A model generated the notes under the pieces. It was not told the DNA's origin and searched no databases. It saw only the letters and a list, made by a program, of their open reading frames with translations. This document shows positions 1 through 10,920 of a stretch of DNA of 64,000 nt, piece after piece (position 1 is the first letter of the stretch; the number at the start of each line of letters is the position of its first letter). Source of the DNA: Zancudomyces culisetae HAW-14-8. Taxonomy: Eukaryota > Fungi > Kickxellomycota. A program made the position numbers and the translations under genes. The stretch covers positions 2,356,001-2,420,000 of the forward strand of contig JBNJNM010000012.1 in assembly GCA_052426225.1 (NCBI GenBank). Direction: 5' to 3'.

Positions 1-681
1 CTGTTTGCTTTTATGGCAGAAAGTCGGGGCAGCTGAAGTTCAATATCTCACCCATGGCGGAATCCCAGACTCCGCTTGCCGGGCTTTCCAGATTTTCCTC
101 TGTATCTTATATTGTACATCCATTTCTGCCGATATTTCTGAGCACTTTACATACCCAAAACCAAGTAAACGCGAATTTGTTTAACATACATTTCCACCAG
201 TAACTAAGCCACGTGCATGTGTTTTTTTACTCAATAAACGGTGTTTATTATACTTTATCATTATTTATAATAGTATTATTACCACTATAATCACTGTTAT
301 CAATATTAATACTATTACTATTACTATTACTATTATTAATAATATCTCGATTGTCATTTAAACGCCAAGAAAAGATAGATGTGTATATTTACATCTCACT
401 TACTCTTGGCAAAAAGAAGTGATTGTAGCTATTTGACACTTTGACTTTATCCCAAAGTTGCCTTTCTGAACATTTAGTGATTTGGCTAACAAAGACGCAA
501 TAATATTGAACTGTAACATCATTAGCTTTCATCACATAGATTTTTGTATAATGACACGTTTTATCATTGTCATACCTACAAGACGTATCATCGTTTGCAT
601 TGCCTTCCGTTTCCAATTTATTTCTGTTAATTTGTTTCCGTTAATCTGTTTTCCGGAAACAGGAATATCATCTCCAGCCAT
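1..681 (-). CDS. Possible small spliced gene of unknown function, may run off the left edge
   Basis: An ATG at 681 gives MAGDDIPVSGKQ...MIRLV. A GTATGA...ctaat...tacag intron joins it in frame to VQYYCVFVSQ...HFFLPR, followed by a GTAAGT donor near 402. A further open stretch (MDVQYKIQRKIWKARQAESGIPPW) lies at about 50-125. No family recognised. Confidence 0.3.
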
Positions 682-1341
682 TTACTCGTCTTTTAAATTA
701 GCCCCCATTGGGGTAATATTCTAAATCCATTAATTGGCTATGAACGATTATTGGACAGCTTGGTTTGCACATTTATGAGCATTGAAAAAGCCTAGTGTTA
801 TTGCGGATAGGGTTTTTTTTTTTTTTGCTAAATTTGCAAATTAAACTCAAGCCAATGTATCATCGGTTTTATTAATTCAGTTGTCTTTCGCTTGCGTAAT
901 ACTTGCTTGTTGACTTGAAAATTTTTTTTTGAGGGCTGTTTGTTTTTTGGTGGCATATTTCTTTTTTTTTTGAAGGCTTATTATGTTTGAAAAAAATGCG
1001 AGAAAATTAAATTGCCTTTATAAAGCACATGTAATCAGATAACAAGAATAAATCCATTATTCTCAAACAAGTTCAAACAACTATATTAATTTTACAATAT
1101 CAAGGTATTTGTAGATAGGCTTCTATTGTAAGAATACCGTTTCTAGTCTATTCTTTATGTTTATAGTTGAAGAGTCGAATACCTCATCTATACTACCTAC
1201 TATTCTATTACTACCAAGCAACAAGGAAAACCACCACAAAGTATAAAACACAAAACACAAAACATTTTATATTTTATATACAGTACAGAATAAAACAATA
1301 AAGATATCATAAACAACCACAACAACAACTATTACAAAAAA

Positions 1342-2271
1342 ATGACACACATTCCAAGCAGTATGGATTTTATGAAAGCGACAAACGATGCAATAAAACA
1401 ACTTCATAGAGTCAGCGAAAACATCTTACGGTGCTCAGAAAGAATAGAAAAGGATCCGAAACCTTTCCAGGATGCGCTCTCAATATTATACAAAGTCAAC
1501 AAAACTCCAGGCTCCAAAGTCGTGATAACTGGTGTAGGAAAATCCGCAAAGATAGGTGAAAAGATGGCTGCCACACTGACTAGCACGGGAACAATAGCTG
1601 TTATGATGCACTCAACCGAAGCCTACCATGGTGACCTGGGTCTTATTAGGCCGGGCGATTGTGTTATCGCTATAAGTAATTCAGGAAAGACTGAAGAATT
1701 GCTTGGCGTTGTCCACGCAATAAAAAGGAGCTATTTATCTTCTACGCTTGATGGATTCTGCGAGAATAGGCTTTCAGACTCAGACCCATGCAAGAGCCCT
1801 CATTTAAATATGACTAACAACTATGATAGTGGCACCACCTCGGAGACATTAGAATGTATAGAATGTCAAAATAAAGACATTGTCGAGTGTGCACCCCCAG
1901 CTTGTTCTGAACCCACATTTGGTTGTTCGGTCAAAATAATTGCACTTTGTGGAGACGGAAATTCGCCACTGGTTCAATTTTCCGACGTTTGGATCGACGT
2001 TTCTGTTGATTCTGAGTTTTCAGATACTGTTCCTGCTCCAACAAACTCTACTACGCTAACTATGGCTGTATGTGATGCGATTTCCATCAACTTGATGCAT
2101 TTGACAGGATTCACCCAACTTGATTTTTTCAAGTTCCATCCTGGCGGAAGCCTTGGCCAATCAATGTACAACAAGAAAAGGATATCAGATAACAACTCCA
2201 AACTAGTCAGGTCTAGAGAGGTCGTTACCAAGTGGGTGGAAAACAAATCCTGCGCCTCCCCATATAGCTAA
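1342..2271 (+). CDS. KpsF/GutQ-family SIS-domain sugar-phosphate isomerase (arabinose-5-phosphate isomerase-like), no CBS domains
   Basis: Family motifs VVITGVGKSAKIGEKMAATLTSTGT, EAYHGDLG, ISNSGKTEEL, APTNSTT...DAI and FHPGGSLG. Intronless, 309 aa. Confidence 0.9.
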   Translation: MTHIPSSMDFMKATNDAIKQLHRVSENILRCSERIEKDPKPFQDALSILYKVNKTPGSKVVITGVGKSAKIGEKMAATLTSTGTIAVMMHSTEAYHGDLGLIRPGDCVIAISNSGKTEELLGVVHAIKRSYLSSTLDGFCENRLSDSDPCKSPHLNMTNNYDSGTTSETLECIECQNKDIVECAPPACSEPTFGCSVKIIALCGDGNSPLVQFSDVWIDVSVDSEFSDTVPAPTNSTTLTMAVCDAISINLMHLTGFTQLDFFKFHPGGSLGQSMYNKKRISDNNSKLVRSREVVTKWVENKSCASPYS

Positions 2272-3412
2272 GTCCGTCAAGAGGTTTTTGAACGTTTATG
2301 TGGTTTTATATGTTTTTTTGTTAGTTTTTGTAAAGCTGACTTTCTTTCCCAAGTCGATGGATGTTGGCATCTTTTTAGCTATTTTGGTGGGGATTTATAG
2401 ACTCTGTTTATATGCTCATATAATGTTTGTTTTTTTTTTTCATGATGTTTTTTTTTCAATACTAGACAAATCTCATCTTAATTGAATAACAAGTTACGTG
2501 ATTAGTGCACAGCTATAGTAGTTGGAAAATATACTTGCTTTTTTTCTTTCACAAACTAATGGGGACAAACGACAGACCCAGCAACATATTCAGGGTTGGT
2601 GGCTACGTGTGCCTATCCACGCTCAGATAACTTCTATTATTACAAATGTGTCATACACCTGACGCTAGGCCATCTGAGAGCACAAAAAGTGCTTGCTTTG
2701 ATCAGGATACTACTAATCAAGCATCTCTATTCGCGCCAAGTAGAGCTTGTGATGCGTTTTACTATATACATCCAAAACGGATTCTTTTTCTTTGGATACT
2801 TCCACCCGCCTTGCCAACTACATTGATACTCACCCCCAACAAAAAAGCAATGTTTAATAATAGAACATGATTTGTAACTTTAATCTAATTTGTAATATAT
2901 TATGTTTGCTATTATAAATTCTAGGACTATTTTGCCACTGAAAAGCATTTTTATCAATGTCATGTGTAAGAAGTTATCAATAGGCACAGAGAAAGTGTTC
3001 ATTTCTCTGCTTCTCTTGGCTGTTGTGGATGGGATTGTACCATTATTTGCAAAAAATACAGGCATGACATGATCATAAATTCCCATTTATGATATGGGAG
3101 ATGCCTTCGGTCATTATCAGGTAGCTAATAGTTTATGTAACTAGCAGCCTCTGGTAATTTTTTGATTTCTATTTACTTTTTTGGAAGTTGGGTGAGTGTA
3201 ATTAAATGCCCAAGATTTAAAAAATAAATAAAACAGTATATATAAAAGAACAGATGGCAATTTTGTTTCTGTTTCTGTTTTTGTTTTTTCATTTTAATGG
3301 TTTTCTTTATTTAAAACATATCACCCCTTCCTCCATCCTCTTCAAAACACAATAACGAACAGGTAGACGATTTATCTTCTCAGATATACATTTTAAGGTA
3401 ACTTGGTACATC

Positions 3413-4582
3413 ATGGCTCGCGTTGTAAGTTTTAACGGGCTTGGAGAAAATACGCTGTCAAGAATATTCACGTATTCCCAGAATCCTCACTTTTCAGTGC
3501 TCAATAGAACAACGTATTTGGTATCTCATGCACCCTTTTCTATTATCAGGTATATTGTACGTCAAATAAGCGTTTTGAGGAGCACAGGTATGCCTTTGTT
3601 CCATGTAATAGATAGAATATTCAAAAACCACCCCTTGGTTGTGCAAAACGAAGATATTATGGAATGTGTGCTTTACAAAGTTCGAGATATTGACTATGTT
3701 TATTTGTTGGAAACGGCTATTCGGTTCGGATGGACAAGGATATTTTCAAGACTAATACAGTTCTTTGCAGTTTTGGACTCAAGCAAAACAAAAATTCTGC
3801 ACTTGGACACGCGACTTTCAGCCAATAAAAGTATGGATATAACCACCAAAAATTTGATGGGCGAAGGTGAAGAATATTACAATCTCGTTGACATTGAGCT
3901 TGGCGAGTATTATATCAGGCCTTTATACTGCTCTAGTAGCAAATCAAATGCGCTTATAGATATACTAAGCGAAAAGAGTGACCAGAAAATATTAGAAATG
4001 CTGTTACAACTCGGCCAACAGCAGCTAAAGATAAATCTCAAGGAGTTTTCAGGCGATGATAAAACAGCAGACACGGATCTAGAGTTTTATCTATCCAACA
4101 ATGTAGTATACGGAGTCTTTATAATCATTGCTGCAGCAAAACTTTGCGAAAAGTCCGACACATGTATTATTAGCAAGCTACTTAGCATCGATTATGGCTT
4201 TGATCTACTCAAAAAAAGCGACTTACACTATCCACTTAACTATATTACAGACGAACTGCTTAATCGCTTGATAAGGATAATTAACAGGAGAGTTAACAAA
4301 GAAGCCGGGGTCAAAATGATGATTTACGGAATTGTTTATTACTATACCATATGCAACAAGAATTTGAAACTACTCGAGTACATCTTGGAGAGAAGCGAAG
4401 ATAGCGAAAAACAGCTTTTGTTTGAGATATCGTTGTTTCTTAACGAAAATACGTTTGCACTCAGAGCTTACAGCGGGCTTGATGATAAAAATGTATACCT
4501 GGCCTCCTTAAATCAATATGATTTAGAAGCGTTTAAAAATATAAAGGGGTTTCTGAATAACATCAACGTCAACAGCTTATAG
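3413..4582 (+). CDS. Hypothetical protein with F-box-like N-terminus and helical (possibly degenerate ankyrin-like) body
   Basis: Intronless 389-aa ORF. LGENTLSRIFTYSQNPHFSVLNRTTYLVS resembles an F-box-like helix pattern. TATA-like TATATAAAA near 3239. Confidence 0.55.
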   Translation: MARVVSFNGLGENTLSRIFTYSQNPHFSVLNRTTYLVSHAPFSIIRYIVRQISVLRSTGMPLFHVIDRIFKNHPLVVQNEDIMECVLYKVRDIDYVYLLETAIRFGWTRIFSRLIQFFAVLDSSKTKILHLDTRLSANKSMDITTKNLMGEGEEYYNLVDIELGEYYIRPLYCSSSKSNALIDILSEKSDQKILEMLLQLGQQQLKINLKEFSGDDKTADTDLEFYLSNNVVYGVFIIIAAAKLCEKSDTCIISKLLSIDYGFDLLKKSDLHYPLNYITDELLNRLIRIINRRVNKEAGVKMMIYGIVYYYTICNKNLKLLEYILERSEDSEKQLLFEISLFLNENTFALRAYSGLDDKNVYLASLNQYDLEAFKNIKGFLNNINVNSL

Positions 4583-5253
4583 TTTGTGACTTCAACTTGA
4601 ACATCAATGTCTGTGAAAACCTGTTTATGTGCATATATATTATTTCTGTATGGATTAGAAGTTAAAGATATTTAGATAGAAAATTGATGCTTTCGCTTTC
4701 CAAAACTCGAAAAGCATCGTTTCTTTTTTTTTTTTGTTACCGTTTTTGCAATAAACCACCAGCTCTTTGTATTTATTTGAGTCCTGAGTAATAAAGTTTA
4801 CAATGGTTTTAAAAACAGCAGAAAAGAGTTATGAACATTACAAGCCAAGTACATCGAGATAATAAACACCAGGCTCTATATAAATCACAAAAAAGAGTGA
4901 AAGCTGAAAAATGCCGGGTGGGCTCGCAGTGTGTTATCATGTCCAACCTTTGTATTACTGCACCTAATAGGTTACTCACTTTTCTGATCCTAAAAACCGT
5001 TCAAGTATGGCTATCAGCCTGTCTACAAACCCAGAGTTTATCTCCATCAGCTGATTCCATCTTCGCGCGAACCAGTATACGCTGTCAATCGATACTAAAG
5101 CTTTAGAACTTTCAACTATAGATTGCCTAATATTTAGTCATTTAAAATAAGAATTACTGATATTTTCCCTTTTATATATATAGTCATATTCCATATAAAA
5201 TAAATTAGCGTACAGTATGTGAGACTATAGTATATATCCTAGTAAATATGCTC

Positions 5254-6337
5254 TTACCTGGATAAAGTTTTATTGCCGTAGAAATTTAGAGAGCTAAATA
5301 AAGCTGAAGATTGCTTATGCTCTGTTGGTGATGCAGGACCTACTGAATTTTTCGAGCTTGATCCGTACAATATGGTATTTTGTGACATCTTTGCGTCTTG
5401 AATCTCTGGCGTTTTCATACTGCCCACAATATCATCTTTGATAGTTGTCAGCACTGAAATAAAGCTATTTCTAAAGCTGGTATGTCTTTTGATCTTCTCT
5501 TGGCTGGATCGATTATTGGAGGGACCATTACCTTCGAAAGACCGGCTATGTTGAGTGAGGATTACTCCTTGCGATTCACCCAATTGCTTGAGCAACCCTT
5601 GACACCACTTTTCCACAGCTTCCCAAAAATTAGATACATTTTGGGCAGAATTTACGGTTTTCTCCAAAAACTCTAAAACAATAGGCAGTCTATGCTGCAA
5701 TTCAGTCATATCCCTAGCTAATCCGTCTAAATTCGAAATACATACTCGGTTATAATCTTGTAGTTTGGTGGGAGGGGGGAACCAAAATATTATAGGCTAA
5801 ATTAATAAATTATATAAATGTGTGTGTGTGTGTGTGTGTGTCAAAGTTTAATAAACGGATGTGCAACTTACATGTACGTTGTTGTAAACACCTTTCGATA
5901 TTTGTTTTACATCCATCGTGAATATTTCCAAGGTCAGCATTTATCCTAGAAAATGCCTCCAGAGATTTAATTGAGTCGGCTTTAATTTTTGAAATAAGCT
6001 TGGCTGTTCGTGTAAGTAGAAGTATTGCCTCCTGTAAAGAAAAGTCGTTTTTCGAGATATATGCTACCGCTTCGATTAACTTTATTACTAGTGGCTCTAC
6101 CACTGCGTTGTTCGATCGTGCTACAACTTTGATTTCTCCGAGATATTCCGAATAGTCTAACCTCATCACCTTTATGCTTGTCTCGAGAAAAAAGTCGTAT
6201 ATTAATGTCGTTCGAATTGGAAAGATTGCATCTCGAAAGCAGTGTAGGGTCGCCGAGAGGTTCAAAACATAGTTGCTATAATCTGGAAACTTTTCATGCT
6301 CAAGCTCTTGGAGTGGCTTTATTTCTGAGCTACTCAT
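5254..6337 (-). CDS. Two-exon hypothetical helical protein
   Basis: ORFs 5810-6337 and 5254-5709 join in frame using a GTAAGT donor at 5871 and a caag acceptor near 5757 (phase 1). A (CA)n microsatellite lies in the intron. Confidence 0.6.
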
Positions 6338-8194
6338 TATACTGTGTATTTATAAATATTAGAATGTCCGTGTTTCTCTGATTATACAATTTTCTTTGTC
6401 GATGGCTTCCAATTGTCCTAGTTTTCTTGTTATTATTATTATTATTATTATAATTTACCAAGGTCACACTGGTTTGATCCAAAAGAACGTAATTTTCTTT
6501 AAATAGGGTTCGGCTATAACAACAAATACGATATGATAATAGTCATCTAAAATACATAACCTGTAGAAACTCTAAATAAGAATTGAATATTTTTATAATC
6601 TAGACATCCTCCTTTCCACAAGTATTTTTCCACAAAAGTATTTTTGCAAAAGAGTAAAGTAAAAATAGTATAAATTAACACAAAATAATATAAAACAAAA
6701 AACAACTAGTGCAACGCGAATAACTACATGATAAAAATGGTCTTGATTTTAAACAAAAAGGTGTGACAAAAAATAGCTAACATACCACCCCCCCCTCCCC
6801 ATGTATGTATTTGGTAATAATTTTTCACCTGATATTACTTGTCCTTGATATGAACATGTAAAAAGCTCAACATCGGTGCTCTAATGAATTTCTCGATGTA
6901 ATCAACAGTTAGTTACTATCACCTTTAATCGAAAAGTATAGTTTGTTTAGGTCAGCGTTTATGACTTGTGAAAAAGTTTGGTTTTTTTTTAGAAACCAGT
7001 TTTTTTAGGATTTGTTTTTCCCAATAGTTAACTAATTGTTGTTGTTTATGTTATGTTCAAATATATCCAATAATAGTACTGAAAATTTACACTTCAACTT
7101 TGGTTTCTAAAAATAGAAACTTCGAAATACATTAATTTTTTTTTTTCAAGCCTTGGTCACTTTCCCAAATCGATTATAGCACATCAAACTTGGAGAAAAA
7201 AAAAATTTTTTTTTTGATATGTCAGAATAAACCTAACCAAGACACACACCATACTCTCTTATAAGGGAGTACATAATTGCAGGATACTGGTTAAAGATTA
7301 TCCACTATAAAATAAAACAAAAAAGACTTTGAACCCTAACTATAAAGCGATACAACCTTGATGATCGAGTTCATTTACTGCAAGTTTGTAAAACGGTATA
7401 GTTGGTTAAAGTGAAAATATGAGTGAAAGATAAAAGATAAAAGATAAAAGATGGTGCAACAACAAAGTTATGTTTACTGAGTTCTATTTAAACGTGATTT
7501 TGAACAGATCAAAGCTATATGCTACGCAGTTACGCAGTTACTACTGCTACTAAAGTCTCAACAACCAATGTGTTGGTAATTTTCAATTCCATGTATTTGG
7601 GTGTCAGTATACTAGAATCCTTGAATAACTTGTTTATTGCAAAATAGAAAATTTCAAAGAAGGACAAATGTGAAAATTTCGTCAATTTTTATTCACATCA
7701 CTGATATTCCCAATGACCTTTAATTTTTTTAACTCCTGGTACAAATATGTGTGTATATTTCCGAGTATATATATGTGTTTGTTTAGGGATGAAAATCTGG
7801 TATGGGAAATTATTCAGTTTATGTGAACCGGAAAAGCAGTTTTGATCCCAAAGTGCACAAGTTTGCAAATAAAGAATTAAAGAAAATAGCAGTTATGCAC
7901 ACTTGGTAGTTAATAACTAGCAATATATTATCAATATATTATCAATAGTAGGAAGAAGAAGAAGAAGAAGAAGAAAAAAGTAGTTATTATAAAGTAACGT
8001 TCTATAAAGGAAAAAGAAAACAAAGATGTTGAAATAAAAGTATAAATATACCAGTAAAAGATGCAGACTCAATCTATTCTCCATTGATTATCCAAATATC
8101 AAGACTCTAATTGTGTCATCAACACTTCCCACTTTAACCAAATTTCAAGCTAATACTGAAAAAAAACAACAAACAAAACAAAACGCAAGAAAAG

Positions 8195-9772
8195 ATGGAA
8201 GTAACATTTGAATCTTTCAGAAAGTTTTTAAGCAGAAAGGCTGGAATGCAAATTCTAGGTGAGAATGCGATACTGGTCAGAAAAATCAAAAATGGCGATA
8301 ATACTTTAATCAACACTAGTATCATTTCCGGTAGTGGTAGTGATGAAACGTTCAAAGCCACTAATGCCACTAATGCCACTAATGCCACTAATGCCACTAA
8401 TGGTACAATCGGATCTAGTGGCAGGTGTGAAGATGAAAAGTACAACTTCAGTGCAGAATTTAGTAGAAACTCTCTCAACACGTGGTCTACAGATTACACC
8501 CATGTCTTGACAGATCCCAACGGAAACATTATCGGGTATGTCTGTAAAAGAGAAAAAGTGCCAGATACAGATGTATATTTGTTTTCAGATGCAGACAAGA
8601 TACCCAGTACATTTACTGAAAGCACTGTCAATTCCAAGAAAAAAGCAAAAGTAAGGGCGGACACAGATGCAGATGCAGATGCAGATGCAGATATAGAAGC
8701 ATGTTCAGACACTGATACTGATACTGAAACAGAAGATACTGGTACTGATACCGATACTGATACTGATACTGATACTGATACTGAATCAGAGAGCGAGGTA
8801 GAGATAGAGGCAGAGATAGATCTAGAGAATGGTATTTATTTGGATGCGGATACCATCATGAAAATTTATGCCAGATCCAGCAAAGATATTGATCCTGGGA
8901 AAAAACGTAGCACTGGAAAAAGAAATGGTTCCAAAAAACGAGCCAAGCCCATAAAAAATTGTGGTAGTAAAAAAGGAAGTGGATCCAAGAGAAAGAGTGG
9001 TGTTAAAGCTAGGGGTAACATGAGAAAAAAGTCAAGAGTTGATTTGAAAGCCAGCCTTGCTTCAAGTGATGATAATAATGAAGAAAATAAAACTGAAAAT
9101 GGGAAAACATCCAACAAAAACACGATAAATCAATATCCAAAGTACTTTGTGACAGTACTGGATAAGAACCAGGAGTATGCATTCACAGTTATCCAAACAG
9201 TGATTGACGAGAACCGACAGCAGGTAGTGATCTACAATATGGAGCAACGGGTAATGCTGGGTAAAGTGGAGTATGTGTATAAATCGACATTGGATAGAAA
9301 GAACCACATGTGTGTATATACAGAAAGTGATGGAAACGATCACACGGTATGCAGTGGAACAGGCAAAGTAGTAAATGCTGCAGTGAAGAGTTTTGGGGTA
9401 GTTTCAAAGGCCCTGTACCGAAAAAAAGTAAAACAATTCAGAGTAGCGTGTAGATACACGAATAAGGTGATGGGATGGATACGACCAATGTGGGATGCCG
9501 AATCGATCCGGTGTGGGTGTGGACAGGGATACTATTCGTGCACATTTGCACTAGATACGTGGAAAGAAAAATTTGGGGCAGAGGGAGCTGGGGCTGGAGA
9601 ATGTATGGTTTTGTATAATCCAGAGTTTGTATTGGATACAAATGGGTATGACCTGGGGCCATCCTATACAATAAAGAAATACCGGTACCGAGGATTTTCA
9701 ATAGATGAAAAAGCAGCAATTTTGGCAGTAGCATTTGTTGAAAGTATGGTATTTACTCTGGAAAAACTTTAA
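8195..9772 (+). CDS. Divergent phospholipid scramblase / Aim25-like (Tubby-C fold) protein with large low-complexity inserts
   Basis: ILGENAILVRK, YTHVLTDPNGNIIGYV and C-terminal FSIDEKAAILAVAFVESMVF resemble the scramblase pattern (y.imDpqGnhiGY ... ldqrAvmLAtavsiD). Inserts of (NAT)n, (DA)n, (DT)n and a K/S/G-rich segment. Confidence 0.55.
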   Translation: MEVTFESFRKFLSRKAGMQILGENAILVRKIKNGDNTLINTSIISGSGSDETFKATNATNATNATNATNGTIGSSGRCEDEKYNFSAEFSRNSLNTWSTDYTHVLTDPNGNIIGYVCKREKVPDTDVYLFSDADKIPSTFTESTVNSKKKAKVRADTDADADADADIEACSDTDTDTETEDTGTDTDTDTDTDTDTESESEVEIEAEIDLENGIYLDADTIMKIYARSSKDIDPGKKRSTGKRNGSKKRAKPIKNCGSKKGSGSKRKSGVKARGNMRKKSRVDLKASLASSDDNNEENKTENGKTSNKNTINQYPKYFVTVLDKNQEYAFTVIQTVIDENRQQVVIYNMEQRVMLGKVEYVYKSTLDRKNHMCVYTESDGNDHTVCSGTGKVVNAAVKSFGVVSKALYRKKVKQFRVACRYTNKVMGWIRPMWDAESIRCGCGQGYYSCTFALDTWKEKFGAEGAGAGECMVLYNPEFVLDTNGYDLGPSYTIKKYRYRGFSIDEKAAILAVAFVESMVFTLEKL

Positions 9773-10920
9773 ATACTCGTAATTGTTTTTAATTGGTGTT
9801 CAATAGATTTTTGGTTTTTGGTTTTTGGTTTTTGGTTCTTCATAATGTTAAAAGGTTCCTAATCTCTCAAGTACAACATTGTATACTTTTAACCTTGTAA
9901 TTAAAATAAAATAACGCAAATATAATAAACGAGCTAAATATACTAGAACACAAAAATAAAAAATAAAAGATTTAAACAATATTTTCGGCAATATAGTAAT
10001 TTGCACGTTCGGTATTATTACACGGTGGTTGTGAATAAAATGCTGGAATAAAAGATGCTTATATTTTATTTAGTCATCTCAGTTTCCATTTCCTAGTTCC
10101 GATATCCGATATCCGATATCCCACATCACATTTCCCACTCCTACTTTTACTTCTACTCTTATCTACAATGTTATATCCATTATTCATTATTCATTATTCA
10201 TTGTTAATTTCTCCTCACTTTTTGCTCTGTTTTGTGTATAGTTGATATGTGAGCAAGTAGAAGGATAGATAGATGGATGGATGGATGAAAAAGAAAAACC
10301 TTGGTATTACCAAGAAATCAAAAATATTACAAATGAATAAACAACGAGTTTGTACCTGTAAAACTGGGAAAGAAAAAAAAAAATTTTTTTTTAAATAAAA
10401 GGGTTTTTGTTCAATTGGAATCAAGAATTACAGTTGTGAATTGTGATTTGGTTTGATTTGGTTAATTGATTTGATTTGATTTGATTTGAATGAATTCAGG
10501 ATGAAAAATTTTTTTTTTTATTCTAAATTTATCAACCTAAAAGAAAAAAAATAAAACAAATAGATTAATTTTATTAGTAATGACAACAAAGTAATGAAAT
10601 TTTTTTAGCTATTTTTTAGTATTATTTTTTTTTTTGGCAAAAATAAAGAAAAAAAAGGGTTTAGGAAAGAGTAAATACAAGATAAAAGAGCAAATAAAAC
10701 AAAATAAAAAAGGTTTAAAGCTAAAAAAAGGAGAAAGAATTATAAATATTATAACAATAAAAAGAGAGTGTAGAGAGTAAAGAAGAAAGAAAAAAAAAAG
10801 TAGGGCAAAGTATGTAATTTAACCTTAACTATTAGGGAGGAAAAAAAAAGTCAGACAAACAGAGGAATCAATTGATAAATAAATAAACAAAGAAATTCAA
10901 AAGATTGTAAAAAGAGGCAA

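Noticed and set aside
1-125. Minus-strand TGA at 42-40 followed by an open frame to the window edge, considered as a Sec codon
   Set aside because: No CxxU/UxxC or known selenoprotein context; a plausible GTGAGA splice donor lies just before it; any SECIS would be outside the window.
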